This document shows, one piece after another, positions 1 to 9,834 of a stretch of DNA of 48,650 nucleotides. Position numbers and translations under genes: made by a program. Numbering within the stretch: position 1 is the stretch's first letter; each line of letters starts with the position of its first letter. Origin of the DNA: Nanobdellota archaeon (GTDB taxonomy: Archaea > Nanobdellota > Nanobdellia > Pacearchaeales > GW2011-AR1); assembly GCA_028867075.1 (NCBI GenBank), contig JAGWGZ010000002.1, forward strand, positions 1 to 48,650, given 5' to 3'. The notes below the pieces were generated by a model. That model was not told the DNA's origin. It worked only from the letters and a program-made list of their open reading frames with translations, and searched no databases.

Positions 1-2
1 TG

Positions 3-677
3 GTTGAAAACAGGGAAAACAGGGGATTTTCGGGGGGGAACAATGATGGAATAAAGTATGCCTTTCAGAAATATGACCCTAATTTTTTCTATCTGTTAAA
101 TAATGATACCAAGGTTACAAGGGGCTGGCTAACTGAAGCTGTTAAAACTGCTGAAGGAGATAGAAAGATAGGAATTGTCGGCAGTAAGCAGCTTAATTTT
201 GAAGGAAAAGCAACTATTAGGGCAGGTCGGATTCATACTTTTGGGGTGAAGTATTATTGGGGCGAAGAAGACAAAGAGGTAACGTGGGTATCTGGGGCCG
301 GATTTCTTATTAAAAAAGAGGTTATAATGAAAATTGGGATGTTTGATGAAATGTACAATCCAGCCTATTATGAAGAGACTGATTTTGAAAAAAGAGCTAT
401 TACTGCAGGATTTAAAATATTTCAGTCTGCCAGATCCATTTTTTTACATAAGGGCGGGGGCACTACGGAGAAGGATAGAAAGGTAAATTATGATCTAATC
501 TTTTATAAGAATAGGGCGAGATTTTTTTCAAAATATAACCTTCCCGGATTTCTAATAAGGATGATAACCGATATCATCAGAACTTCCAGAAGATTAAAAT
601 TTTCAGATTTAATTAAAGCATACTCTCTTGGAGTAAAAAGTAGAAATAAATCTCTAATCGAAAATCCCTATGCCTAA
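3..677 (+). CDS. glycosyltransferase family 2 (5'-truncated by window edge)
   Basis: Frame 3 is open from nt 3 and is continuous with ORF 246..677. The upstream part translates to VENRENRGFSGGNNDGIKYA...YLLNNDT, the GT2 ENxGFxxGNNxG signature. YYEETDFEKRA lies downstream. Confidence 0.7.
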   Translation, partial: VENRENRGFSGGNNDGIKYAFQKYDPNFFYLLNNDTKVTRGWLTEAVKTAEGDRKIGIVGSKQLNFEGKATIRAGRIHTFGVKYYWGEEDKEVTWVSGAGFLIKKEVIMKIGMFDEMYNPAYYEETDFEKRAITAGFKIFQSARSIFLHKGGGTTEKDRKVNYDLIFYKNRARFFSKYNLPGFLIRMITDIIRTSRRLKFSDLIKAYSLGVKSRNKSLIENPYA

Positions 678-1773
678 GATGAAACCCCTTAAAGTTTATC
701 TTCAATACCCCTGGAAATTCCCGGATTCTCCTTATTATAAATATCTTGTAGAGAACCCTCCGGGCGGCGTTGAATTTTTAAACGAGGTTAAGCAGGAAGG
801 TGCAATAACGAGCAAGCGCTTCTTCAAATTCGCTGGCATATCCAAGAAGATTATTAGGTTTATATTTAGGGTCATTTATCCCTCTATCCCAAATGCCCAT
901 TATCCGCGTAAAGGAGATTATGATTTGATCCATTGTGCGCATTGCCTCTCTATAAGTAGGGATGTACCCTGGGTTGCAGATATTGAAATGAATACTTCTA
1001 TGTTCCTAACGGGGAAAGTTGGTGCACCCGGAATAAAAAAAATAAGAAAGCTGGTAATGGGAGACAAATGCAAAAAATTGCTTCCATGGACCGAATATGC
1101 AAAAGAGGGCATTTTGAAGGTGTTCCCTGAATTTAAGGACAAACTTGAGGTAGTTTACCCGGCAATTCCGCCAAAAAATAATCTGAAGAAAAGATTCAAT
1201 AAAAAATTAAAAATCCTATTTGTTGCTAGATATTTTGATATAAAGGGCGGGCTTGTGGCCCTGGAGATTCTCGAAAGACTAAGGAGGGAGTTTGGGATAG
1301 AGGGTATTGTTGTTTCAGTTGTTCCTGCGGAGATAAAGTCAAAATACCCTAACCTTGAAATACATGATCTTATGCCGCAAAAAGAGTTATTTAATCTTAT
1401 GGAATCATCAGATCTTTTCCTGTATCCTGGTTCATATGACACCTTCGGTTTTTCACTTCTTGAGGCTATGAGATTTGGCCTTCCAATTTTAACAATAGTC
1501 ACGCCAAATTCTGCCAGCAGGAGAGAGATTGTAACACTTGGCAAAACAGGGGAATATATAGAGCTGGATAAAAATCTCTCGGGAACGTTGATAGGGGATT
1601 ATGAGGAAAAAGCAATAGATGAACTGATAAAAAGGGCGGAGTTACTTATCAAGAATAGAAAAAAAATTGATCAAATGCGAAAGGAATGTTTAAAAGAGAT
1701 AACGTCTGGAAGATTCTCTATTCTTAGGAGAAACAGACAACTTAGGAGGATTTATGATGAGGCGCTCGAATAG
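670..1773 (+). CDS. glycosyltransferase family 4 (GT-B fold)
   Basis: The C-terminal motif FGFSLLEAMRFGLPILT...GKTGEYIE is typical of the GT4 E-x7-E region. The start overlaps the upstream stop. Confidence 0.8.
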   Translation: MPKMKPLKVYLQYPWKFPDSPYYKYLVENPPGGVEFLNEVKQEGAITSKRFFKFAGISKKIIRFIFRVIYPSIPNAHYPRKGDYDLIHCAHCLSISRDVPWVADIEMNTSMFLTGKVGAPGIKKIRKLVMGDKCKKLLPWTEYAKEGILKVFPEFKDKLEVVYPAIPPKNNLKKRFNKKLKILFVARYFDIKGGLVALEILERLRREFGIEGIVVSVVPAEIKSKYPNLEIHDLMPQKELFNLMESSDLFLYPGSYDTFGFSLLEAMRFGLPILTIVTPNSASRREIVTLGKTGEYIELDKNLSGTLIGDYEEKAIDELIKRAELLIKNRKKIDQMRKECLKEITSGRFSILRRNRQLRRIYDEALE

Positions 1774-2614
1774 GGAGATAGAGGTTTCTTTTATTATTGT
1801 TAATTACAATGGAGGTGAATTTCTGAAGAAAGTTATTGATTCTATAAAAAACCAAGACTTTCCAAAAAATAAGAGAGAGATACTTCTTGTGGACAATAAT
1901 TCAATAGATGGAAGCCCAAATATATTTTTGAATGATAAAGAGGTTTTCCTTATAAAGTCAGAAAATAATCTTGGTTTTGCAGGAGGGAATAATCTTGGAA
2001 TAGGTAAAAGCTCTGGCAAATATCTTGCACTAGTTAACAATGATGTTATCCTGAACAAAGATTGGACAAAAATTATGGTATCCAAAATGAATGAAGATAG
2101 CAGAATTGGAATTGCAGGAAATAAGATATTTCTTAGAGACACAAAAAATATCTGGCATGGCGGGGCAAAAATATTTTTTCCCGGTTTTGTAAAGCATATG
2201 AAATTAGAAGTGGAATGCTCCTTGAAATTTGTGACATTTGCTTCGGTTATGATAAGAAAAAATGCGGGAATAAAGTTTGATGAGAATTATTTCTTATACT
2301 ATGAAGACACCGATTATTGCAGAGAGGCAATAAAAAGAGGTTTGAAAGTCATTTATCTCCCAAATGCAGAATCAAACCATTTTATAAAATCAGGGAGAGC
2401 TTCTCCTTCAGAAGAGTACTATCTCAATCGAAATAGAGTCTATTATTACGCAAAAGAACTTAACGGTTTAATGAAAGTTCTATTTTTATTCGGAGATATA
2501 ATATTATTCTTCCCTATTTTTACTCTGTATAGGATAATAAGACAGCCAAATAGAATTAAATACTTCGGTAAAATATTAAGAGCACGAATAGACTCAATAA
2601 AGATGCTAAAATGA
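1754..2614 (+). CDS. glycosyltransferase family 2
   Basis: VSFIIVNYNGGEFLKKVIDSIKNQ, VDNNSIDGS, NLGFAGGNNLGI and YYEDTDYC are classic GT2 (rhamnosyltransferase-like) motifs. Confidence 0.85.
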   Translation: MMRRSNREIEVSFIIVNYNGGEFLKKVIDSIKNQDFPKNKREILLVDNNSIDGSPNIFLNDKEVFLIKSENNLGFAGGNNLGIGKSSGKYLALVNNDVILNKDWTKIMVSKMNEDSRIGIAGNKIFLRDTKNIWHGGAKIFFPGFVKHMKLEVECSLKFVTFASVMIRKNAGIKFDENYFLYYEDTDYCREAIKRGLKVIYLPNAESNHFIKSGRASPSEEYYLNRNRVYYYAKELNGLMKVLFLFGDIILFFPIFTLYRIIRQPNRIKYFGKILRARIDSIKMLK

Positions 2615-2808
2615 AAAGACAATTAATAGATTCATTCAAAAAATTGAGAGAAAGATTTTATGGCTTCATTAAGAGGCCGCGAATTTATTATAATACAAAT
2701 CCTTATCTTGAACCTTATCATCTACCTAAAGCGGACCTGGAGTTTTACAGAAAGAATTCTCTAACCAACTCCGACCTTCTGGAATTTCTTAAAAAGTTTA
2801 AATCTTAA
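2611..2808 (+). CDS. small hypothetical protein (65 aa)
   Basis: ATGA overlap with the upstream GT2 stop suggests coupling. No recognisable domain. Confidence 0.35.
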   Translation: MKRQLIDSFKKLRERFYGFIKRPRIYYNTNPYLEPYHLPKADLEFYRKNSLTNSDLLEFLKKFKS

Positions 2809-3547
2809 TTTGCGCCAACTCTTTTTCCCAATCCACCAGGGGCGGGAGAGTATCTACATGTAAATGAGCTGCTAAACTTTCTACAGGGGATATGCATGGA
2901 AAAACCTTCCAAATCTTATTTATTGTCTTATCCTCACCACCTCTGGAAGTCTTATTAAAGTCTGCGAAATCTGAGAATAATTTTTTATGCTCGAAAAATG
3001 TCTTTCGCGGAACTATGAATGTCCACGTGGTACTGAGGATGCTTCTCCAATGATTATACTTTCCCAAGAAGATGTATGAGGGCTCAAGATGAACATATCT
3101 ATCGGGGTAGTCTGTGGGATGAATTGCAAATTTATCTGTTCCGATTATCTTTTTGTCGTATGCATCAAAGATAGAGCCAAAGGAGATTTGCCGGTGGAAG
3201 TAATCATCCTCCAAGAAATAGAATAAATCTTCTTTTGACTTTTCAGCAAGATTATAGCAGACTTCCATTGAGCCTCCACCCCCCAGAGATTCAAAGTGAT
3301 TTATTCGAAATCTAATAGGATACCTGTTTAGCAATATTTCCATTTTCTTTAGAAATTCAGGGGGGCTAGAATCATCCACAATCTCAATAAAAATTCGTTT
3401 TGCAAAGGGGATAGCCGAGATTAATACTGAAGATAAGCATTTAAGTGTAATATCCTCTTTAGACAATTCAAAGGGTCTTGCACTTGCTGATGGGCTCGCT
3501 TTTTTGGGACTGATATATGTTCTTAAAAAGATCTTCATAGTTAACAT
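2798..3547 (-). CDS. putative GT-A fold glycosyltransferase-like protein
   Basis: IEIVDDSSPPEF and a FLEDDY (DxD-like) motif, in a glycosylation gene context. The assignment is weak. Confidence 0.45.
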   Translation of the reverse strand: MLTMKIFLRTYISPKKASPSASARPFELSKEDITLKCLSSVLISAIPFAKRIFIEIVDDSSPPEFLKKMEILLNRYPIRFRINHFESLGGGGSMEVCYNLAEKSKEDLFYFLEDDYFHRQISFGSIFDAYDKKIIGTDKFAIHPTDYPDRYVHLEPSYIFLGKYNHWRSILSTTWTFIVPRKTFFEHKKLFSDFADFNKTSRGGEDKTINKIWKVFPCISPVESLAAHLHVDTLPPLVDWEKELAQIKI

Positions 3548-3642
3548 CCGAGAAACATGAAAGGAAGGTTAATAAAATTATGTGCATAAAATTAGGATGT
3601 AAACAACAAAAGTTTAATAAATTAAATTTGGATAGTTCTAAA

Positions 3643-4158
3643 ATGAAGCTAAATCTTGGATGCGGGAATTGCAAAAGAGAAGGATATGTGAACTGTGACA
3701 TCTCTGAGGATGTAAAACCAGATAAGATTATCGATCTTGAAAAGAAGCTCCCATTCAAAGATGATACTGTAACAGATATTTATTCCCGTCACACTTTTGA
3801 GCATATAACCAATTTCATGCAATTAATGGAAGAAATTTGGAGAATATGCAAAAATGGCGCAAGAATAGAGATAATCGTCCCATACTTTGCACATCCTGGT
3901 GCTTTTTGGGATCCTACCCATAAGCGATTCTTTACTTTGAGAACCTTTGATTACTTTAGGGGAGATGGGCAACTGAGTTATTATTCTAAAGCAAGGTTCA
4001 AGATTTTATCAAAGAAGATAGTATTCTTCGTGACCCGTCCAAAAATAAGCAGGTTCTTTGATTCTGTCATAAATAAGATTCAATCATTTTATGAACGGTT
4101 CCTCTCAAGAATATTCCCTGCAGAAGAATTAAGATTTGTTTTAGAAGTTGAAAAATGA
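3643..4158 (+). CDS. class I SAM-dependent methyltransferase (type 11-like)
   Basis: MKLNLGCGNCKREGYVNCDI (glycine-rich SAM loop) and FEHI. I prefer the internal ATG at 3643 over the ORF-track start at 3580. Confidence 0.7.
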   Translation: MKLNLGCGNCKREGYVNCDISEDVKPDKIIDLEKKLPFKDDTVTDIYSRHTFEHITNFMQLMEEIWRICKNGARIEIIVPYFAHPGAFWDPTHKRFFTLRTFDYFRGDGQLSYYSKARFKILSKKIVFFVTRPKISRFFDSVINKIQSFYERFLSRIFPAEELRFVLEVEK

Positions 4159-5039
4159 AGATTTATGATTGTTTTACTTTCTTCAACGAACTTGATTTGC
4201 TTGAATTGAGATTGGAAGAGCTTTATCCTTATGTGGACTTTTTTGTGATCTCCGAAGGGGATAGAACCCACTCTGGAATAAAAAAAGAGTTTATCTTTGA
4301 GAAAAATAAAAAGAGATATGAAAAGTTTCTTAAAAAGATAATTTACCTCAAAGTGGAAATGCCGGAATTCAACTGGTTTGACCGATTATTAATAAAAGTG
4401 GAAAAGAAAACACATGGGTTCATCACGAGATTTATAGGCAGTAATTTTAGACTTGGAAAGTGGAGGCTGGACAATTTTCAGAGGAGTGCAATAATTCGGG
4501 GACTATCAAATTGTGAGGGGGAAGATATCATTCTAGTTTCTGATCTAGATGAAATTCCAAACCCTAAAAAATTTGGCCAGATGAAAATGTTATTAAAAGA
4601 AAGCCCTAAGGCGGGATTTATGCAAAAGTACTTTAATCATTATCTAAATGGATTTGTAAATGACGAATGGCTAGGAACGAGAGCCTGCACTTTTATTTAT
4701 CTAAAAAGAAAATTAAGATCAGATCCCCAGTATATACGGTTGAAAAAGTTTCACTTTTTGCTTGATAGGTTTGGAATTGGGAAGATAAAGGTCATAACTG
4801 GCGGTGGTTGGCATTTTAATAATGTTGGAAAGAGAGAGGAAGTTATTCAAAAGATAATGTCTAAAACAGAAGCGGATTTATTTAAAGGTAATCTGGCTGA
4901 GAAGCTTAGAAGAAATGAATCATCTGACTACTTGGGTATAATAGATGCCAAATTAAAATACGTCCCCATAGATAATAGTTTTCCAGAAGCGATTCTTAAA
5001 AATAGGCGGAAGTATTCAAAGTTCATCAAAAAGATTTGA
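4155..5039 (+). CDS. glycosyltransferase family 17-like (bisecting GlcNAc-transferase family homolog)
   Basis: IYDCFTFFNELDLLELRLEELYPYVDFFVISEGDRTHSG, VSDLDEIPNP and GGWHF align by eye with conserved blocks of MGAT3/GT17 (NHEFDLLDVRFHEL..VVCES, DDADEIP, GWHCSWC). Confidence 0.7.
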   Translation: MKIYDCFTFFNELDLLELRLEELYPYVDFFVISEGDRTHSGIKKEFIFEKNKKRYEKFLKKIIYLKVEMPEFNWFDRLLIKVEKKTHGFITRFIGSNFRLGKWRLDNFQRSAIIRGLSNCEGEDIILVSDLDEIPNPKKFGQMKMLLKESPKAGFMQKYFNHYLNGFVNDEWLGTRACTFIYLKRKLRSDPQYIRLKKFHFLLDRFGIGKIKVITGGGWHFNNVGKREEVIQKIMSKTEADLFKGNLAEKLRRNESSDYLGIIDAKLKYVPIDNSFPEAILKNRRKYSKFIKKI

Positions 5040-5119
5040 TGGTAGATGGATTTCACTCTTTTTAGTTAATTAGTTAAAGCCGGTCCTTTTATTATTCAAG
5101 ATTTATGAAAGAAATAAAA

Positions 5120-6052
5120 CTATCGTTGGATGACTTTTGATAGTTTATGGATAATAAAATCTTGAATTTTTAGATTGTATAAGAGCTCCGACTTGGTAAC
5201 AAGAGGTTCGCCGCTGAGATTGCATGCGCCAATAAATTGTTGAATGGAAACTTTTAATGGGTCCTTGATTTCTATAGAATTTTTATCATATTCTACAGTC
5301 TGCGAATAATTCTCTCCTATCTTCCTTTCAAATTCAACCCCATTAATCTTGAATTTAACCTTTCTTGGTCTTTCTCTTTTTAAACTGAAGTGGTATTCCG
5401 CGTTACATCTCCCATATTTAAACCGGATGATCACTTCATCATTCTTGACTAGGGGGAATTTTAAATTCTCTATCCTTTGATTTCCCATTAATTTAATAAT
5501 AAAGCTGTTCATATGGGGGATAGCTTCAATTACTAAATTAATTGCTCCTTCAATAGATGGCTCCATATACATCGAGAATTCTTTTATACCGGTAAGATAA
5601 TTTTTAGGGATTTGCTCTAGAATTGAAACAAGTTGGGTATTCACAGATAAAACTTTATTATCCTTCTCTGCCGATAAAATTAATTCTTTAGCTATTTTAT
5701 AATTCTTATCCAAGGAATCGTAAATAAAAGGTTTTTCGCATAAGATATTGAGATTTTTATTTAAACATTTTTTTATATACTCTGAATGAGATTTTGATGG
5801 CGTACATATGCTTATCATATCCAGGTTATTGTTTTTTAATAAATCATCTATATCCCAATAAGGGACAGCATTTATCCCGTATAGCTCTTTTAATTTATTT
5901 GCCTTTTCGATAGAGCTTTCCTTGGATGAAGTTAAAATTGCAACAACATCACACCCTGAATTGTTAAATTCGCGAGCATGAAATTCTCCTATGCTTCCAA
6001 CCCCAAGAACAGCTACCTTCTTTCTGTACACATTTATCTTGCGCATTTTCAT
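5120..6052 (-). CDS. Gfo/Idh/MocA family NAD(P)-dependent oxidoreductase
   Basis: N-terminal Rossmann motif VAVLGVGSIGEFHAREF, then ICTPSKSHSEY and CEKP, which are typical of this family. Confidence 0.7.
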   Translation of the reverse strand: MKMRKINVYRKKVAVLGVGSIGEFHAREFNNSGCDVVAILTSSKESSIEKANKLKELYGINAVPYWDIDDLLKNNNLDMISICTPSKSHSEYIKKCLNKNLNILCEKPFIYDSLDKNYKIAKELILSAEKDNKVLSVNTQLVSILEQIPKNYLTGIKEFSMYMEPSIEGAINLVIEAIPHMNSFIIKLMGNQRIENLKFPLVKNDEVIIRFKYGRCNAEYHFSLKRERPRKVKFKINGVEFERKIGENYSQTVEYDKNSIEIKDPLKVSIQQFIGACNLSGEPLVTKSELLYNLKIQDFIIHKLSKVIQR

Positions 6053-6191
6053 TTTAAAAAAGTTTGTTAATTGTTTGGATTAGACTTAATTTTATTGTAT
6101 TTGGGTACAATCGGGCCCGAATATTGTGAAAAAATAATTTTTAGTCCAAGACAGAGAGTCTCCTAATGCAGTTAGGAAACTAAAAAAGGCA

Positions 6192-8876
6192 CTAAATGAT
6201 CTTCAATTCCGGATAGGGAATAATGAATTTAACTCCTTTATTTCTTTGGCTTTCATTATTCTTTAGAATTTCTTCTGTATAATTCCATGCAAGAACATAA
6301 ATATAATCAGGAGGGTCTATTTCCAAAAAGTCTTTTCCTTTGATTGGAATCTTTATCCCTGGCACTATCTTCCCTCTTTTTAGGGGGTTATCTTCTACTA
6401 TATAATCTAAGTATCGGTTATCTATCTGATAAAAATTCAAAGCAGTAGTTGCTTTTGCAGGAGCCCCATAGCCAACAATTTTATTGCCCGTCCCTTTTAA
6501 GTTTATTATGACTTCTCTTATTTTTTCTTTTACATTCAAGATATTTTGCGCAAATTGTTCATAAGTGGAGAATTTATCAAGTCCAAATATCTTTTCATTA
6601 TCCAAAAAAGTATCGACACTTGTGTCTCGTTTTTGTTTCCCCCCACTCTTCTGGATAAATACTCTGATAGATCCCCCATGAACATCAAATCGCTCAACTT
6701 TAAAGATTTCCAGATCCTCTTTTTTAAAGAAATTTTCTAGAGCTAAAATGCTGTAATAAGAAACATGTTCGTGATAAATGTTATCAAAGGTCACCCCTTT
6801 TAGAGTATCTAAGAGATATTGCGCCTCAATAACAAATATCCCGTCATCTTTTAGGAGCTTCTTTACATTTTCTGCAAAACCATGAATATCGCTTACATGT
6901 GCAAACACATTAGTGGCTGTGATAACATCCGCTTTTCCATTAATTCTCAAGATCTTTTCGGCAGATTCTTTATCCCAGAAAACATTAAGAGTCTCTATTC
7001 CTTCATTTCGAGCAATCTCTGCTATATTACTGGCAGGCTCTACTCCCATTACTTTCATCCCGCCTTCTCTGAAATATTTTAGGAGAGTTCCGTCATTGCT
7101 TCCAATATCAACAACTAAAGAATTCTTTTGTAAACCATACTGGATCATGATTTCCTTTGCCATCTCTTCAAAATGCCTCCTATTTGTTTCCGTAGTGGAT
7201 GTTACAAATAGGTAATGTCCAAACATTTTTTTTGGGGGGACAATATAGGATAATTGGCATAAGTGACAATCTTCACAGTACATTACCTCTAGGGGATACA
7301 ACTCCTCTCCCCCATTAATATCCTTTTCATCAAGTAAATTATTGGCTAATGGACTTTTACCAAAAGAGATAACTTTTTTTAATTTAGTGCTGTTACATGC
7401 CCTGCAGTTTAATTGAGGACCAACATAACATGCCCTATTATAATATTCTTTATATGATCCGATCTCTGATGGTTTTATTAATTCATAGGGGATAGTGTGT
7501 TTCCCATAGTTCTCCTGCTTCCTTTCTCCGGTTACAAGATTAAGTGATATGGTGTCTTCAAGGAATATTTGCGCATGGGCCATATTTGGGGGGGTAATCA
7601 CCAAATCTCCTGCTCTAACAAGATTATGCTTTACACTGCTATTTGGACTTGATAAATCCTTATAGAGGCTTATGTAAGATCCGGAGATAACTAGAACTCT
7701 TTGTTCTTGTTCCGGGTGGTAGTGATTTCCTCGGATAGTGTCTCCATTTTCTTTAACTCTTTCAGTGGTTATCAAGCCAATCCAATTTACAGGCTCATTA
7801 AGATAATAATTACTAATGGATCCTCGTTTATCGTTAAAGTTGTCTGCGCCACGGATGATAATCTCCTCTCTTAGATCATTATTTTCTTTTTTCGGAGCAC
7901 TAAAATCAGTTATATTTATTTCTTTCTCTAATTCTTGAAATATTTTTATATTGTAATAGCTCTTATTTTCGAAATCCAAAAATTTTTCTTGATTTGTAAA
8001 GAGGTCATCAATTATGTCTTGAATTCGGTGTTGCGGTTTAAACCCCAGAATTGTTCTTGCTTTTTCTATTGAAACCTTGTAGTTTCTGAAGTCTTGTACA
8101 TTCCTTGTATCCCCTTTGATCTCTTTTTTTATTCTCTTTTCAACTTCGACTTTTACCACCTCCGCAACTTGTCCAACACTATAATTCTCAGAAGCAATGT
8201 TAAAAACGCCGCTTATTGATTGATTAGCTTGAATTGCTTTTATGTAAGCATTAATAGCATCTCTTATATCTAAAATAGGTCTCCAGATGGAAGGGTTGTT
8301 GACAATTATCCTCCCTTCTGAAACGGAAGTCTTAAACATAGTATTGACTATTAAATCGAGCCTCATTCGAGGACTGTAGCCTGAAACAGTTCCCTGCCTT
8401 AATACTATAACTGAAAAATCCTCATCTCTCAGTTGAGTACATACTACCTCCCCTTGAAGTTTGGATACTCCATAAGGGTAATTACATGAAGTCGGGTCTT
8501 CTTCAGTATACAACCTATCTAATGTGTACCCGTAAATAGAACATGAAGAGGCATAGATAAATCTCTTTACACCTGCACCTTTTGATTGGAAGGCAAGATA
8601 TGCAGGAAGGGCCACATTATACATAAAATTTAATTTTGGGCTAAATTCCGCCATGGGATCATTAGAAAGTCCTGCAAGGAATATCACTTGGTCATACCCA
8701 TTCAAATCCTCCTTATTTAAATTGAATAAATCTTTTTGAATAACTCTTACCTCTTTTGGAAGATGATTTCCAAACCATAGATTATCTATGACATCGACTT
8801 CATAACCCATGTCAATAAGTACAGGAACAAGTCTTGAACCAATATATCCTGCACCACCAGCAGCAAGAATTTTCAT
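6192..8876 (-). CDS. tri-domain fusion: NAD-dependent sugar epimerase/reductase (SDR) + cupin (CapF/FdtA-like) + Zn-ribbon NDP-hexose C-methyltransferase
   Basis: aa 1-~310: MKILAAGGAGYIGSRLV with YGVSK (YxxxK). aa ~340-470: RGSISNYY...RGNHYHPEQEQRVLVISG...MAHAQ, a cupin. aa ~500-894: CRACNSTKL...CEDCHLCQL Zn ribbon, VVDIGSNDGTLL SAM motif, and a C-methyltransferase C-terminal-like tail (TylCIII/EvaC type). Confidence 0.75.
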   Translation of the reverse strand: MKILAAGGAGYIGSRLVPVLIDMGYEVDVIDNLWFGNHLPKEVRVIQKDLFNLNKEDLNGYDQVIFLAGLSNDPMAEFSPKLNFMYNVALPAYLAFQSKGAGVKRFIYASSCSIYGYTLDRLYTEEDPTSCNYPYGVSKLQGEVVCTQLRDEDFSVIVLRQGTVSGYSPRMRLDLIVNTMFKTSVSEGRIIVNNPSIWRPILDIRDAINAYIKAIQANQSISGVFNIASENYSVGQVAEVVKVEVEKRIKKEIKGDTRNVQDFRNYKVSIEKARTILGFKPQHRIQDIIDDLFTNQEKFLDFENKSYYNIKIFQELEKEINITDFSAPKKENNDLREEIIIRGADNFNDKRGSISNYYLNEPVNWIGLITTERVKENGDTIRGNHYHPEQEQRVLVISGSYISLYKDLSSPNSSVKHNLVRAGDLVITPPNMAHAQIFLEDTISLNLVTGERKQENYGKHTIPYELIKPSEIGSYKEYYNRACYVGPQLNCRACNSTKLKKVISFGKSPLANNLLDEKDINGGEELYPLEVMYCEDCHLCQLSYIVPPKKMFGHYLFVTSTTETNRRHFEEMAKEIMIQYGLQKNSLVVDIGSNDGTLLKYFREGGMKVMGVEPASNIAEIARNEGIETLNVFWDKESAEKILRINGKADVITATNVFAHVSDIHGFAENVKKLLKDDGIFVIEAQYLLDTLKGVTFDNIYHEHVSYYSILALENFFKKEDLEIFKVERFDVHGGSIRVFIQKSGGKQKRDTSVDTFLDNEKIFGLDKFSTYEQFAQNILNVKEKIREVIINLKGTGNKIVGYGAPAKATTALNFYQIDNRYLDYIVEDNPLKRGKIVPGIKIPIKGKDFLEIDPPDYIYVLAWNYTEEILKNNESQRNKGVKFIIPYPELKII

Positions 8877-9021
8877 GAAAATTTCAATAAAAAATTATTT
8901 ATAAACATTATTATACTTGCTACAATAGGTATAATATAAGAAAGATCTGTAAATAAAATAAAATTCTTTTCCTAAAGCTCTTTTAAAGAGTAAAAAGAAA
9001 TATTCCCGGTTCATAAAGGAA

Positions 9022-9834
9022 TTAACCTAAATTCTTCTTTAGAAGTTCATCATTTTCCCTTTCAATCATTTCCTCAAGAACTTCAGCCTGCAAATTTTGC
9101 TTTACAAATTCTTCGCAAATAGCTCTGCTTTTGAAAGTTCCTGCATCTCCCCAGAATCCATTAACAAGATGATATCCGAGCCTTCCTTCTTGAAGATACA
9201 AATCACTTACTCCCGTTATCTCATATTCCCCTCTTGAAGAAGGCTTAAGAGTCTTTATTTTATCAAATACAGTTTGGTCATAGAAATATAATCCAACACT
9301 TACTAGGTTGGACTTTGGGTGTACTGGTTTTTCCTCAATACTTATTACTTTGCCTCCCATTACTTCTACTATTCCAAATCTAGCTCTTCTGATTCCATTA
9401 GCGTCTGTAAAGTACAAATCATCTTCCCGACCGGGTTTCAGGAAAAGCATCGCCCCCAGATCTGAATCTTCGAACTCCCTCGCAGCGTCTGTAAAATCTT
9501 CTTCAAGTATATTATCTCCAAGAACAACCGCAATCTTTCCTCCATTTAGTACGGGCTTGGCAGCTTCAAGTGCTTTTGCTATTCCACTTGCATTAGTTTG
9601 ACAATAATATGAAAAGTTTATTGAGGGGTGGACCATTGAAAGATATCTCTGAACATCTGAGAAGTGCTCACCTCCTGTTACAACGCTTAAATCATTGATT
9701 CCCATTTTTCTTAAAGTGTGGAGAGGATATTCTATCATCGGGACATCCCCGATAGCAACAAGATGTTTGTTTGTCGACGCTGTGAGGGGGTAAAGTCTTG
9801 TTCCTTTTCCGCCGGCCAGAATTACTCCCTTCAT
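9022..9834 (-). CDS. rfbA: glucose-1-phosphate thymidylyltransferase-like sugar nucleotidyltransferase
   Basis: MKGVILAGGKGTRLYPLT nucleotidyltransferase signature. It sits adjacent to the dehydratase and reductase genes. Confidence 0.8.
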   Translation of the reverse strand: MKGVILAGGKGTRLYPLTASTNKHLVAIGDVPMIEYPLHTLRKMGINDLSVVTGGEHFSDVQRYLSMVHPSINFSYYCQTNASGIAKALEAAKPVLNGGKIAVVLGDNILEEDFTDAAREFEDSDLGAMLFLKPGREDDLYFTDANGIRRARFGIVEVMGGKVISIEEKPVHPKSNLVSVGLYFYDQTVFDKIKTLKPSSRGEYEITGVSDLYLQEGRLGYHLVNGFWGDAGTFKSRAICEEFVKQNLQAEVLEEMIERENDELLKKNLG

